Part shown: piece by piece, positions 47,101 through 54,357 of the stretch | Position numbering within the stretch: the stretch's first letter is position 1 | Layout of the letters: the number at the start of each line of letters is the position of its first letter | DNA from: Candidatus Altimarinota bacterium | GTDB taxonomy: Bacteria > Patescibacteriota > Gracilibacteria > JBDHUY01 | DNA length: 64,000 bases | Reading direction: 5' to 3' | NCBI GenBank assembly: GCA_039809385.1 | Contig: JBDHUY010000011.1 | Coordinates: 2,132-66,131 of the forward strand | Position numbers and translations under genes: made by a program | The notes under the pieces: model-generated | The model's database searches: none | What the model saw: the letters and a program-made list of their open reading frames with translations, nothing else | Told to the model about the DNA's origin: nothing

Positions 47101-47986
47101 CTCCCCCACTCGAGGAAGTTCCCTGACCGGCATTTAACAATTGTTCCAGTGCGTTCAAAGCTTTTTTCAGATCGTCACTATTTTGAGGACTGGGATTGGT
47201 CTTGAATTTGTCGAGCGCCTGTAAAACCGCCTGTAACTGCTGGGCCGACGCATTCTGGAGCGACGAATCAAGTTGCTTTATGGTAGTCTGTAACTGAGTT
47301 TTAAGTGCGTCGATTTCGCGTTCGAGAGTACCGGTATCGGCGGGCGGATTATTGACGGTGTTATAAATATTATTAATCGTGGGTGCGGCCGGATTGCTGC
47401 CAGTACCGCTACTGCTCCCCGAGGAGCTGGAAGAAGAAGACGATCCGCTTCCCGAAGAACCTGAAGAAGAGCTCGAGGCATTTGAGCCCGAAGAAGAGCT
47501 TGAACTGCTGGTGTTGGTAGAAGTGCTACTACCGGATGGCGGACCGTCGATAACATTGACGAAAAAATTGACGATAGCATAGGAGATCAGAATAATCACG
47601 ATGCCGACGCCGGTAAACACGATCGTCTTTTGAGATTTCTTGACCTCGCCGTCGTTGCCGGCAAAGGCTACCATGCGGAACCCGGCGTAGATTACGATAA
47701 CGACCGCCAACAGCCCCAGAAATGTCAGAAAATAGTTGATGATCGTGGTGACGGCTTTGCGAATCTCGTCGTTTTTTCCCTGTTCGCAAATCGTCGGAAA
47801 TTTCACGCAATCTTCTTCTTCAAGGCCGGGCCCGGTCGGAACACCGTTAAACTGAGCGGAAGCATGCGGAATATGCAAAACAAAGAGCGTTCCAGCCATC
47901 AGCACTAAAAATAATACTCCCTGCAGGCGCCGAAAAAGCGAGGAAAAACGATTCGACAAGTACTGTGAGTTATAATCAAACGACAT
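41120..47986 (-). CDS. Giant (2288 aa) surface protein: signal peptide, pilin-like hairpin module, Ser-rich linker, coiled coil, about 10 PKD/Ig-like domains, membrane anchor, long disordered Pro/Ser-rich tail
   Basis: Single uninterrupted ORF. N-terminal 'AVTTIINYFLTFLGLLAVVIVIYAGFRMVAFAGNDGEVKKSQKTIVFTGVGIVIILISYAIVNFFVNVI'. PKD cores (DWEFGDGS, YSWNFGDGT, ISWDFDGNG, YTWDFDLS...). TM 'FLSFLFGILQFALWIIGIFLFLGIVLFVSFIAYKRI'. Confidence 0.9.
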   Translation of the reverse strand: MSFDYNSQYLSNRFSSLFRRLQGVLFLVLMAGTLFVLHIPHASAQFNGVPTGPGLEEEDCVKFPTICEQGKNDEIRKAVTTIINYFLTFLGLLAVVIVIYAGFRMVAFAGNDGEVKKSQKTIVFTGVGIVIILISYAIVNFFVNVIDGPPSGSSTSTNTSSSSSSSGSNASSSSSGSSGSGSSSSSSSSGSSSGTGSNPAAPTINNIYNTVNNPPADTGTLEREIDALKTQLQTTIKQLDSSLQNASAQQLQAVLQALDKFKTNPSPQNSDDLKKALNALEQLLNAGQGTSSSGGVTSATGNTAQDLDRILSQLLQELRSRPQSESKTIIDRYREQLQPIIQQLPPTSQAGQAAQELDDALQTYQQSPSSSTGRDIQTKIETLKQQVVKLPQMRAVINASKSSGPIPLTVLFNGASSSDPTNNTIPTNNYSWWYLDSSGQRRDLGNGANVSETFRVPNTYVVHLEVKSASGDSVVLPGDATISVKAEAPLATVQLKINQVDVTQEDLVKVTLKEAQDGLLFDPAGTSSTVGLDIAKTDWEFGDGSNRQSFNGTPVSITHKYNKVGRYQVAVQFTDTGNQKIVKSITVEVADAIASATITPQEGTTDTTFRFAANTSKIPSGVNSLSWKITTGAGEVLRETKEESFTYKFETPGVYTALLQVTDNDGKTVQDTRQVKVTSKPPVVTLSLKQKDVGHPNQFVFDATNSYDPDQNETLSFTWLVDGTPVTLENTNEAGSRGEYRFPAAKEYRVKLRVTDSSQNFVEREQTVSITSVLSADVTIDPPVTQVGKDVTVKVNAPGAIFYLYDFGEQKEQTDKTQYTYRFKTAGVYPVKVTVFDKDNNDTTTTTNVYVGEADSPVALIDYSLNGEMLPLTPNLCNGGPGLLISRNDNPSFDASRAINRDGSSRFLEYSWNFGDGTVSTKKTITHRFNDVSGNTCFSVQLTITDRDSGKTASASPLLVAVRNRPPQLTDLVLDAPASLLTPVQVAVRAVGATDRDGKIVSYKWFYVENGTEENLSVRTTTTPSTTFNIPTRGFGGQSVTYRFVVEMTDNEGAVVRSDDVLGENTGVLTVTNRANEPLQVEVSVNKTSVKAGEAVQFTAIGRNAKGEPVPDARISWDFDGNGTFEDTTSGAYVTRVYDTPGNYNVTARVEYQGLSNKGNVSVLINPRSESIATAAFLFTQVDKTVLFLNNSSGPAPLSYTWDFDLSRDSDGDGSAQNDKDSQEENPQFTFNDYGSYQVRLDVTGKGGIKDNVVRTVTLVKGQLPKNVQLDPSKSLQAVLITVPEVNELDRKIHLTREKNKVTFFGGYSIGKIREYRIDRNVFQDSDGDGIKNNDIDNKNTLSFTNGSGISYTFLPQPIEVQLTVVGDNNIMDQVTVPIIFDDAVVLPENANLNANPQPSKTEIINKNLDDAVTAISQSSLSQELQNQIRELLSRGDKDALTQAKELVLRAEQLTQEQRDRLVGNIQNILDLKESFIDIDSSIQRIKNIIAEAEPLTKIKVNKALISLKSNYGIDAAAVSQALDETRTAVAESQKLPDDAKQQVGNVLLVIADSLTPVLTANSNQNGDANLNLNAPETANTNDNLNAEPGTVTNENQNGAAAEGPSSPAPAGENLFLSFLFGILQFALWIIGIFLFLGIVLFVSFIAYKRITNREDLDFEEFILDLRGMVTGWISRFRPGKKDEGDQAQASSKPEPPKSTPPSVIDVTPIPSPDGNFEPVAEPPAPATPAEPPQASAGQMPDWLQIGATDSSEGTVPPAANPVVSPESGTPPTASFLDFSPPSPGTSPDDSASLPSFLDPPVASGATPFGDAPTPGISASSPFDTDIFSQSGPGNNSQPSAPGDPFAASTPSPSPSLSAATGNPSQTPSPFDIDIFGSSNQQTGSFGAAASPQPDFLNTSVPNPTSSASPASPFDTDIFSSGPSASDPQSISASDPFGSALPPTPSTFLDTPAPPSPSPFDIDIFGSTDKNQNPPASPPQAVDPFATSAAVTPSFLDPAPSNPSVPASPFDIDIFGDQPAASTSSSSTTPDPFAGVVSPTSAQTPAMPSFSDSPAVAGSSFPTVNDDPFGIFPPTPLPVSQPADAAIPDFLTPTEPASSVPDRSLNSDSLPPTSGIATSPFEPLVADSADQPTGTAGTPDALPPPAPVVDANLPPVSETTLPEVPSSPEAQKPVSKPTSSQPWKSKKPFQKKPYKPYPKKFPPKPNFNTPEIKGRFAEQELPPGQNFPELPPGNNNNTKQLSSSQRPFTRPTPPYKKFGAKPFQKKPNLPYNGPNKHGQETDSSLHSE

Positions 47987-48007
47987 ATGCGAAAAGCAAA
48001 ATAAAAG

Positions 48008-48457
48008 TTATCCCCGTACCGCATTGATCACGGTAGTGACCAGAGCATACGCTATCAGAATAATGATAATACCGGTTAGAATGGCGATGATCAGTTTTGT
48101 CGCTTTTTGGCGATTACCTTCATTATTAAACGATGTGATATACAAAACGCCGGCATAAATAATACCTACTACCGCAATTAGGAAAATGAATCCCAGACCA
48201 AACTGAATCCATCCGAAAATCAACGCGCGGGCATTGGTTGTAGTTGAGACATTTCCCGACAACTCGTTCTTCGTCGCATCGATTCCGGGCTGGATACCGC
48301 ATTCGTCTCCCTGGCAATAGGGATTTTTACTATCGAAAGCCGTATCGGTATTGGAAAAATCCGTATTCTGGGCATGCACGTTCAGTGGTACATGTATCGT
48401 CGACAGCATGCTCCATATAAAGATCATTGCTCCTATGTGAATAATCTTTTTATTCAT
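48008..48457 (-). CDS. T4SS-pilin-like (TrbC/VirB2-like) protein, single module
   Basis: Signal peptide, then 'LIFGWIQFGLGFIFLIAVVGIIYAGVLYITSFNNEGNRQKATKLIIAILTGIIIILIAYALVTTVINAV'. Confidence 0.7.
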   Translation of the reverse strand: MNKKIIHIGAMIFIWSMLSTIHVPLNVHAQNTDFSNTDTAFDSKNPYCQGDECGIQPGIDATKNELSGNVSTTTNARALIFGWIQFGLGFIFLIAVVGIIYAGVLYITSFNNEGNRQKATKLIIAILTGIIIILIAYALVTTVINAVRG

Positions 48458-48524
48458 TTTGATCGAGTATAAACGCCAAATTATTCAGAAAATTATACCA
48501 TATACATCCTCTTCTATACAACGA

Positions 48525-49433
48525 CTATCCCGAATTTAACAACGGTGCGGCAAAAAAGGTGACGATAGTATAGGCGCTGACCAGCAATGCCAGTCCCAAT
48601 ACTACCCACAGGATGGTTTTGCGCGCCTTTTGAACTTTTTGATCGTTCCCAAAATTCACGATCATGTTGATGGCGGCATAGAGCAGCATCAATATTCCCG
48701 AAATCGCGCTGAAACCGAGGATATAATTGACGACTTGCAATACCAGACTAATCGCGCCGGACGGATTGGGATTAACCGAAGTTTCACCGTAGAAATTCTG
48801 AATGAGCGGGCGCGCTATCAAAATCACAATCAGACCGAATGTCGTTGGAATAAATACCCGTTGTAATTTTTTGATCCGGGCCTCGTCGCCCAGGGCCGTG
48901 ATCATGCGTACCCCGCTGATAATGATCACAAAAACGGCGGTGATTGCCAGAAAACTGAGGAAAAAACTCAGGAGCGGATTGACTATCCGTTCGCGAATGT
49001 CGTCCGGAAAATCGCGGATATCGTTGACGGAACGTCCGCTTGGCGTAAAGAAGATTGAGACGATGACCTCAGCTACTTGCATGAGGATCAGACCGAACAG
49101 CAAAATAAAAATACCGGTCAAACTTTTTTTATTCGCATCGGCATTACCGCCGGCGGTCACCATCCGCAATCCCGATATGATGATGAGCAACACGGCTATT
49201 ACCGCGATAAAACTTTTTACCACTCCGGCATAGTAGATCAGAATATCCCGAAGTCCCTGGGCGCCTTCGGTGCTGACCGGAGCATTAAAGGCTTGATCGG
49301 GAGTACCTAAAAGAAAATCAAAAACACTACGCGGATCTTGCTGGGCATAGGTCGCCGGGAGAGCCACACAGCAAAATGCCAATCCTGCCAAAACAAGCGC
49401 TACTGCCAATGGAAAAGAAAAACGCTGTTTCAT
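48525..49433 (-). CDS. Membrane protein with three tandem pilin-like hairpin modules
   Basis: Signal peptide plus 3 units. Examples: VVKSFIAVIAVLLIIISGLRMVTAGGNADANKKSLTGIFILLFGLILMQV and VVNYILGFSAISGILMLLYAAINMIVNFGNDQKVQKARKTILWVVLGLALLVSAY. Confidence 0.7.
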   Translation of the reverse strand: MKQRFSFPLAVALVLAGLAFCCVALPATYAQQDPRSVFDFLLGTPDQAFNAPVSTEGAQGLRDILIYYAGVVKSFIAVIAVLLIIISGLRMVTAGGNADANKKSLTGIFILLFGLILMQVAEVIVSIFFTPSGRSVNDIRDFPDDIRERIVNPLLSFFLSFLAITAVFVIIISGVRMITALGDEARIKKLQRVFIPTTFGLIVILIARPLIQNFYGETSVNPNPSGAISLVLQVVNYILGFSAISGILMLLYAAINMIVNFGNDQKVQKARKTILWVVLGLALLVSAYTIVTFFAAPLLNSG

Positions 49434-50392
49434 AATATTATAGGTGCGGCAAATTTCAGAACTTCGGTAACTACCGTATAGGCAGAATAGATGATCACCA
49501 TAGCAATCAGCGTTCCCTGGACTATTTTGATCCCTTTCGTGCGCAGGGAATCGTTCGCTCCCGAAAAGATAAAATAAAATCCGCCCAGGATTAGTCCGGC
49601 AAATCCGATCGGGACAACAAAAAGAAGCATTAAACGCAGCAGGGATCCGATCACCCCGTGACCTCGTTCGACATCGCCTTCGAAAGCGATACGCTGGAAT
49701 TCTCCGGCCAGGGCAATCACGATCAACCCCAGAATACTCCAGAGTATTTGGCGACGGTACTTCGCGGCAGCATCATCGGCACCGCTGGCACTACTGATCA
49801 CGATTTGGTATCCGCTGATAATAATCGATACGATCGCGACGGTCCCGGCAATGCCCCTCAACGCCGTGATAACGATGCTGATAATATTTTTCCAGTCGAA
49901 CAAACTGGGTTCGTTGAGGCCGGCGCGGGGGACAAACGAGGCGAAAAAGAACTCTCCGACATTCAGGAAGATAAACCCGACCACGGCGTACAAAAGTCCC
50001 AAACGCGCTTTTTTACTGGCTTCGTCGTTAGCGGAAAAGACCATCCGGATACCGAAAAAAAGTATATAAAAAACCGCAACTCCCTGAAACAATATCCGGG
50101 TTGTCGGCAAGGCTTGATTGCGTACAAAATCGTTAAACGTATTATTCCCGTTCGTCGAATTTAATTCCGGTAAACTGGTACCCGGCAGATCAAAAGCTGC
50201 CTGGGTGAGAAAGGGGATCGTAAAAATTCCCGCAATAAAGAGAAAAACCGCTAGGACAAAGAATATGTTCTGCGCTGATCTGGCATTTTTTTCCGAAAGA
50301 AAAGCAGCAAATCGATTTCCCGGAGATCGTAAAACGAAATTCTTCGGAACATGTACGGGTTGGCGACTATGTTTTTGGTATGTGTATTGCAT
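49430..50392 (-). CDS. Membrane protein with three tandem pilin-like hairpin modules
   Basis: 3 units. Examples: VAVFYILFFGIRMVFSANDEASKKARLGLLYAVVGFIFL and FAGLILGGFYFIFSGANDSLRTKGIKIVQGTLIAMVIIYSAY. ATGA overlap with the next gene. Confidence 0.7.
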   Translation of the reverse strand: MQYTYQKHSRQPVHVPKNFVLRSPGNRFAAFLSEKNARSAQNIFFVLAVFLFIAGIFTIPFLTQAAFDLPGTSLPELNSTNGNNTFNDFVRNQALPTTRILFQGVAVFYILFFGIRMVFSANDEASKKARLGLLYAVVGFIFLNVGEFFFASFVPRAGLNEPSLFDWKNIISIVITALRGIAGTVAIVSIIISGYQIVISSASGADDAAAKYRRQILWSILGLIVIALAGEFQRIAFEGDVERGHGVIGSLLRLMLLFVVPIGFAGLILGGFYFIFSGANDSLRTKGIKIVQGTLIAMVIIYSAYTVVTEVLKFAAPIIL

Positions 50393-50449
50393 TTATATAT
50401 AATCCGTTTATTGTAGCACAAGATATTTTTTTTATCAAAGCCGGGAACT

Positions 50450-51526
50450 ATGTTGCTTACTGAATTTGACTACGATTTACCGCCCGAACTCATCGCCCAG
50501 ACGCCCCTGGCCAAAAGAGACGAATCGCGTTTACTGGTTCTTTCCCGTTCGACGGGAGCGATTGAACACTATCATTTTTACGATTTACCCGACATTCTGT
50601 CTTCTGATACGGTTATCGTTTTGAATAATACCAAAGTATTTCGGGCCCGCCTGTTCGGACATTTTTACGAAGGCGAAAAAAGCTCCGAGGTATTTTTGCT
50701 GAAAAAAGTGGGAATCGATCTGTGGCAGTGTCTGTGCCACCCAGGTCGCAAATTTTTTCCGGGAAAAACGATCCGCTTTCTTCCCAATACAAACAATACG
50801 TCTGCGCATAGAACCTTACATGAAAAAGCCGATCGAAAACTGACCGGTACGGTAAAAAGTATTCTGGAAGACGGGAGCCGGGTGATCCAGTTTGATCAAG
50901 ATGTCAGTCCTTTACTAGAATATTACGGCCATACTCCTCTGCCCCCCTATATAAAAACCGAGAGTTCTCTGGAGCGCTACCAAACAGTGTACGCCAAGGA
51001 AAGCGGATCGGTCGCGGCTCCCACCGCAGGTCTTCACTTTACCAGGGAAGTTCTGGAAAAACTAGGGAAAAAGGGCGTTGAAAAGGCGGAAATAACGCTG
51101 CATGTCGGCGCCGGCACGTTTCAGCCAGTAAAGGTAGAAGAAGTAGAAAAACATGTGATGCACTATGAAAACTATACCTTCTCTCCCGAAACTGCCGAAA
51201 AACTGAACCGTTCAAAACAAACCGGCAAAAAGATTCTGGCGGTCGGAACGACCAGTACGCGGGTTCTGGAAAGCTGCGTATCGCTTGACGCGAGAAGCAA
51301 AATTTCTTTTCATGCCCAGTCGGGCCATACCAATCTCTTTATCTATCCCGGATATACCTTTACAGCGGTAGATCACCTTCTGACCAATTTTCATCTGCCC
51401 AAAAGCACGCTGCTCATGCTCGTTTCGGCCTTTGCCGGAAAAGAGCTGATCATGAAAGCTTACGACGAAGCTATAAAGAAGCAATACCGGTTCTTCAGTT
51501 TCGGGGATGCGATGTTGATTTTGTAG
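50450..51526 (+). CDS. queA: S-adenosylmethionine:tRNA ribosyltransferase-isomerase
   Basis: 'FDYDLPPELIAQTPLAKRDESRLLVL', 'AAPTAGLHFT', 'VGTTSTRVLES'. Confidence 0.95.
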   Translation: MLLTEFDYDLPPELIAQTPLAKRDESRLLVLSRSTGAIEHYHFYDLPDILSSDTVIVLNNTKVFRARLFGHFYEGEKSSEVFLLKKVGIDLWQCLCHPGRKFFPGKTIRFLPNTNNTSAHRTLHEKADRKLTGTVKSILEDGSRVIQFDQDVSPLLEYYGHTPLPPYIKTESSLERYQTVYAKESGSVAAPTAGLHFTREVLEKLGKKGVEKAEITLHVGAGTFQPVKVEEVEKHVMHYENYTFSPETAEKLNRSKQTGKKILAVGTTSTRVLESCVSLDARSKISFHAQSGHTNLFIYPGYTFTAVDHLLTNFHLPKSTLLMLVSAFAGKELIMKAYDEAIKKQYRFFSFGDAMLIL

Positions 51527-51578
51527 AAGGGGAAAGCAGGTATAAAGTATGACGTAGCACGTATAATGTATGGGACAG
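51527..51578 (+). repeat. GTAT-heptad element, copy 4 (directly after queA stop)
   Basis: aaggggaaagcag|gtataaa|gtatgac|gtagcac|gtataat|gtatggg|acag. Confidence 0.8.
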
Positions 51579-51606
51579 CTCATTACTGAACCTTAACCGC
51601 TTCTCA

Positions 51607-52248
51607 ATGCTTCGCGATCTTTTTAAACAATACGGAATTTCGGCCAGTGAAAAACAAATTGCCTGTTTCGAGCGTTTTTTAGAGACTTTTATCGCTAAAA
51701 ACAGCGTCATAAACCTTTCCGCAATCAGAGCACCAAAGGATATTATTCTCAAGCACTTTATCGATTCTTTGCAGGTTCTCAATCTCAAAGAATATCAGCA
51801 AGCAAAAACAGTGATCGACGTGGGCACGGGTGGCGGTTTTCCGGGTTTACCATTGGCCATCATGTCGCCGGACAAACAGTTTACGTTGCTCGATTCGATC
51901 CATAAAAAAATCCTGTGTGTCCAAGAGTTTGCGCAGATTTTACAGCTCGGGAATGTTCATACGGCAGTAGGACGGGCCGAAGAAGTATCGATCCGTCCGG
52001 AATTTCATAAAAGTTTCGACGTGTGCGTGTCGCGTTCGGTTGCATATTTGCCAAAGTTGCTTACCTTCACGATTCCGTTTATCAAACGCAATGGTACTTG
52101 TCTATTCTATAAACAAGAGAGTGCGGATGAATTTGATGCCGCAGTTCCGGCACTGAAAAAACTACAGATGATCGCCGAGGTATTCCCCTATCAGATCGAA
52201 GACATGCGACGTATAATTATTCAGAACAGAAGAACAGGCGTATACTAA
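51607..52248 (+). CDS. rsmG: 16S rRNA (guanine527-N7)-methyltransferase
   Basis: 'ILKHFIDSL', 'VIDVGTGGGFPGLPLAI'. Confidence 0.9.
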   Translation: MLRDLFKQYGISASEKQIACFERFLETFIAKNSVINLSAIRAPKDIILKHFIDSLQVLNLKEYQQAKTVIDVGTGGGFPGLPLAIMSPDKQFTLLDSIHKKILCVQEFAQILQLGNVHTAVGRAEEVSIRPEFHKSFDVCVSRSVAYLPKLLTFTIPFIKRNGTCLFYKQESADEFDAAVPALKKLQMIAEVFPYQIEDMRRIIIQNRRTGVY

Positions 52249-52250
52249 TC

Positions 52251-53024
52251 TTAATGCTGACGTAGTTCCGTTAGTATCATTTTTGCTCTGTCTGCTAATG
52301 ATAAACTCAAAACGGAAGAGATTCTTTCATATGTAGTACGAAAAGCTTCCCAGGGAAGATCACGTCTTATATCCAGCGGATTTATATTGAGTTCAGGATG
52401 ATGTCTTACTAATTTACGCAAATTTTTATACAACATTCTTCTACGCATTGCTAGTTCTCCAGACTTTCCTTGGAAAACGTTGGCAATAATACCCATTATT
52501 ACGTCACAAAAATATATAAGCCAATCATCCGTGAGCTGTAAAGCGTTATTAATATTATGCAGTGCGGACTGGTCGCCCAACCAAAGAGAATTTTCATACT
52601 CATCCTGTGTCACCTTCCCATTTAATGCAAAATAGACAATTTGCTCTTCTATTCTTTTCAGGTATTTTTTACACATACCTCTATTGACGGCTAAATTGTA
52701 TAGAGACCGTATGTCTGGATCTCTATTATAGGAAAGTGTTTTTCTCAAGCTTATAGCATTCTTATTTTCTAGTGTACAACTAAGATCGTTAAGTTGCTCT
52801 TTAAAACGAAAATACAATTGAGAAAGTGCTTCCTGTTGTTTTAGATAATTCTCCGGATCAACCGGCGTATTAAGGAAACACTGAATGTCATTTTTGAGAC
52901 CGATACATTCTCTACACAGATCTAAAAGCTGTACTTCAGTGGGTAGAGCCCGAGGTGCTTCGAGAGAATGAGTTCTATCATTGGTAGAAATAATAGAACG
53001 CCCTTCCGATGAAACCGTATTCAT
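52251..53024 (-). CDS. Hypothetical protein (AT-rich)
   Basis: Start re-set to MNTVSSEGRS (ATG 53024). The longer ORF-track version overlaps the MTHFS gene by about 190 nt. Confidence 0.45.
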   Translation of the reverse strand: MNTVSSEGRSIISTNDRTHSLEAPRALPTEVQLLDLCRECIGLKNDIQCFLNTPVDPENYLKQQEALSQLYFRFKEQLNDLSCTLENKNAISLRKTLSYNRDPDIRSLYNLAVNRGMCKKYLKRIEEQIVYFALNGKVTQDEYENSLWLGDQSALHNINNALQLTDDWLIYFCDVIMGIIANVFQGKSGELAMRRRMLYKNLRKLVRHHPELNINPLDIRRDLPWEAFRTTYERISSVLSLSLADRAKMILTELRQH

Positions 53025-53091
53025 ATAAAAGAAAAATAAAACATAAGCCGATTTTAATCCGCATTTTTTACTTTTCAAGAGATTTTTGATT

Positions 53092-53634
53092 ATGACAACA
53101 ATGACGAAACAGGAATTACGAAACGCTATGAAAAAGAAAGTTATTGTTCGTCGCGACGATCGAAGTATAAACATACTGAAGCGACTTTTGGAACATCCGC
53201 GTTTTTTGTCTGCCTCATCGATACTGTTATACGCTTCGCTCCCGCATGAAGTAGATACCGGTAAGTTAGTGACCATATGCCTGAAAACAAAAACCGTGGT
53301 GGCATTGCCAAAAGTCGATTCCGGACAGCAAGAGCTTAGACTATATCAAGTTCGATCGCTACAGGATTTGTCTCCGGGTGCTTTCGGCATAACCGAACCT
53401 CTCCCGGAGCGTGAAGTTTTATTGGAAGATATAGACCTGGCAATCATTCCCGGGATAGCATTTACCCGCAGCGGACAACGGCTGGGGCGGGGAAAAGGCT
53501 ACTACGATAAACTCCTGGCCGGTCGCAAGGGCGAGAACCCCTATACCGTCGGTTTGGCATTTGAGGAGCAAATCGTAGAAAACCTGCCACGCATGCCTCA
53601 CGATGTCGATCTGGACCTGATCATTACCGGCTGA
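53092..53634 (+). CDS. 5-formyltetrahydrofolate cyclo-ligase
   Basis: 'KQELRNAMKKK', 'IIPGIAFTRSGQRLGRGKGYYDKLL'. Confidence 0.88.
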   Translation: MTTMTKQELRNAMKKKVIVRRDDRSINILKRLLEHPRFLSASSILLYASLPHEVDTGKLVTICLKTKTVVALPKVDSGQQELRLYQVRSLQDLSPGAFGITEPLPEREVLLEDIDLAIIPGIAFTRSGQRLGRGKGYYDKLLAGRKGENPYTVGLAFEEQIVENLPRMPHDVDLDLIITG

Positions 53635-53710
53635 AAATCGGCTTCCGCAAGAATTGACATTTACCCCCGAAGATCTATTATGGAAGCTCGGGTATTTTAT
53701 AAAGCAATCT

Positions 53711-54283
53711 ATGAAAATACCGCCCTTCAAACTCGCGCACCTGTTGCATGGACATATGAGCGAAAAAGAATCTTTTGACCTCATAACTGTAAACGTCGAA
53801 GAGGTTCAAGACGACGATCCACAGATCGGCAAACCTTTATCTTTCGGTGTCGAATTCTTACGTCTCGCCGACCGGGTCCATGCAAACTTTTCCGACATAG
53901 AAACCGAGGTAACTGTGGCCTGTAACCGCTGTTTGAAGCAGTTTTCGACTAAAATTTATAGCAAGGAAGCTTCGTACGATTATATGATAGAGACCGAAGA
54001 AAGCAGTGCGGAGGAGCGGGCCGATAATTTTATGGCGGATATGAAAAACAATATCGTAGACGTATCGGAGGCCCTGAGAAACGAAATCCTGCTTGCCTCT
54101 CCCGATTTCCCTTTATGCCAAGAAGATTGTCAGGGTATTTGTAGCATCTGCGGGAAAAACAAAAATGAAAAACCGGCTTGTACCTGCAATATTACAGTTA
54201 TTTCGGAAGAAAAGCAGGAAAACACCAAAGCCTTGGCAGGATTGAAAGATTTGGTAACCAAGACCACCAAATCAAAAAAGTAA
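53711..54283 (+). CDS. yceD: YceD/DUF177 family protein
   Basis: 'CNRCLKQF' ... 'CQEDCQGICSICGKNKNEKPACTC'. Start taken at MKIPPFKL. Confidence 0.8.
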   Translation: MKIPPFKLAHLLHGHMSEKESFDLITVNVEEVQDDDPQIGKPLSFGVEFLRLADRVHANFSDIETEVTVACNRCLKQFSTKIYSKEASYDYMIETEESSAEERADNFMADMKNNIVDVSEALRNEILLASPDFPLCQEDCQGICSICGKNKNEKPACTCNITVISEEKQENTKALAGLKDLVTKTTKSKK

Positions 54284-54357
54284 ACCTAACTTGACAAAAC
54301 ACACAGAGAAGACTATAACAAAAGCGGTCCGACATTACCCTTTTACCATACACGCCT

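Noticed and set aside
41129-47908. Dozens of 60-290-aa ORFs on both strands inside the giant gene. Similar ORFs occur inside pnp, mutS, argS, dnaG, the ATPase gene and others.
   Set aside because: They are shadow ORFs nested in long, motif-supported genes, and their products are low-complexity.
38516-47986. Diversity-generating retroelement targeting the PKD proteins.
   Set aside because: No reverse-transcriptase gene and no template/variable repeat pair with A-specific mismatches were found in the window.
52251-53276. Full 341-aa version of the minus-strand ORF.
   Set aside because: The first 84 codons overlap the well-supported MTHFS gene and encode an implausible Phe/Ile/Ser-rich stretch. 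The internal Met at 53024 is preferred.
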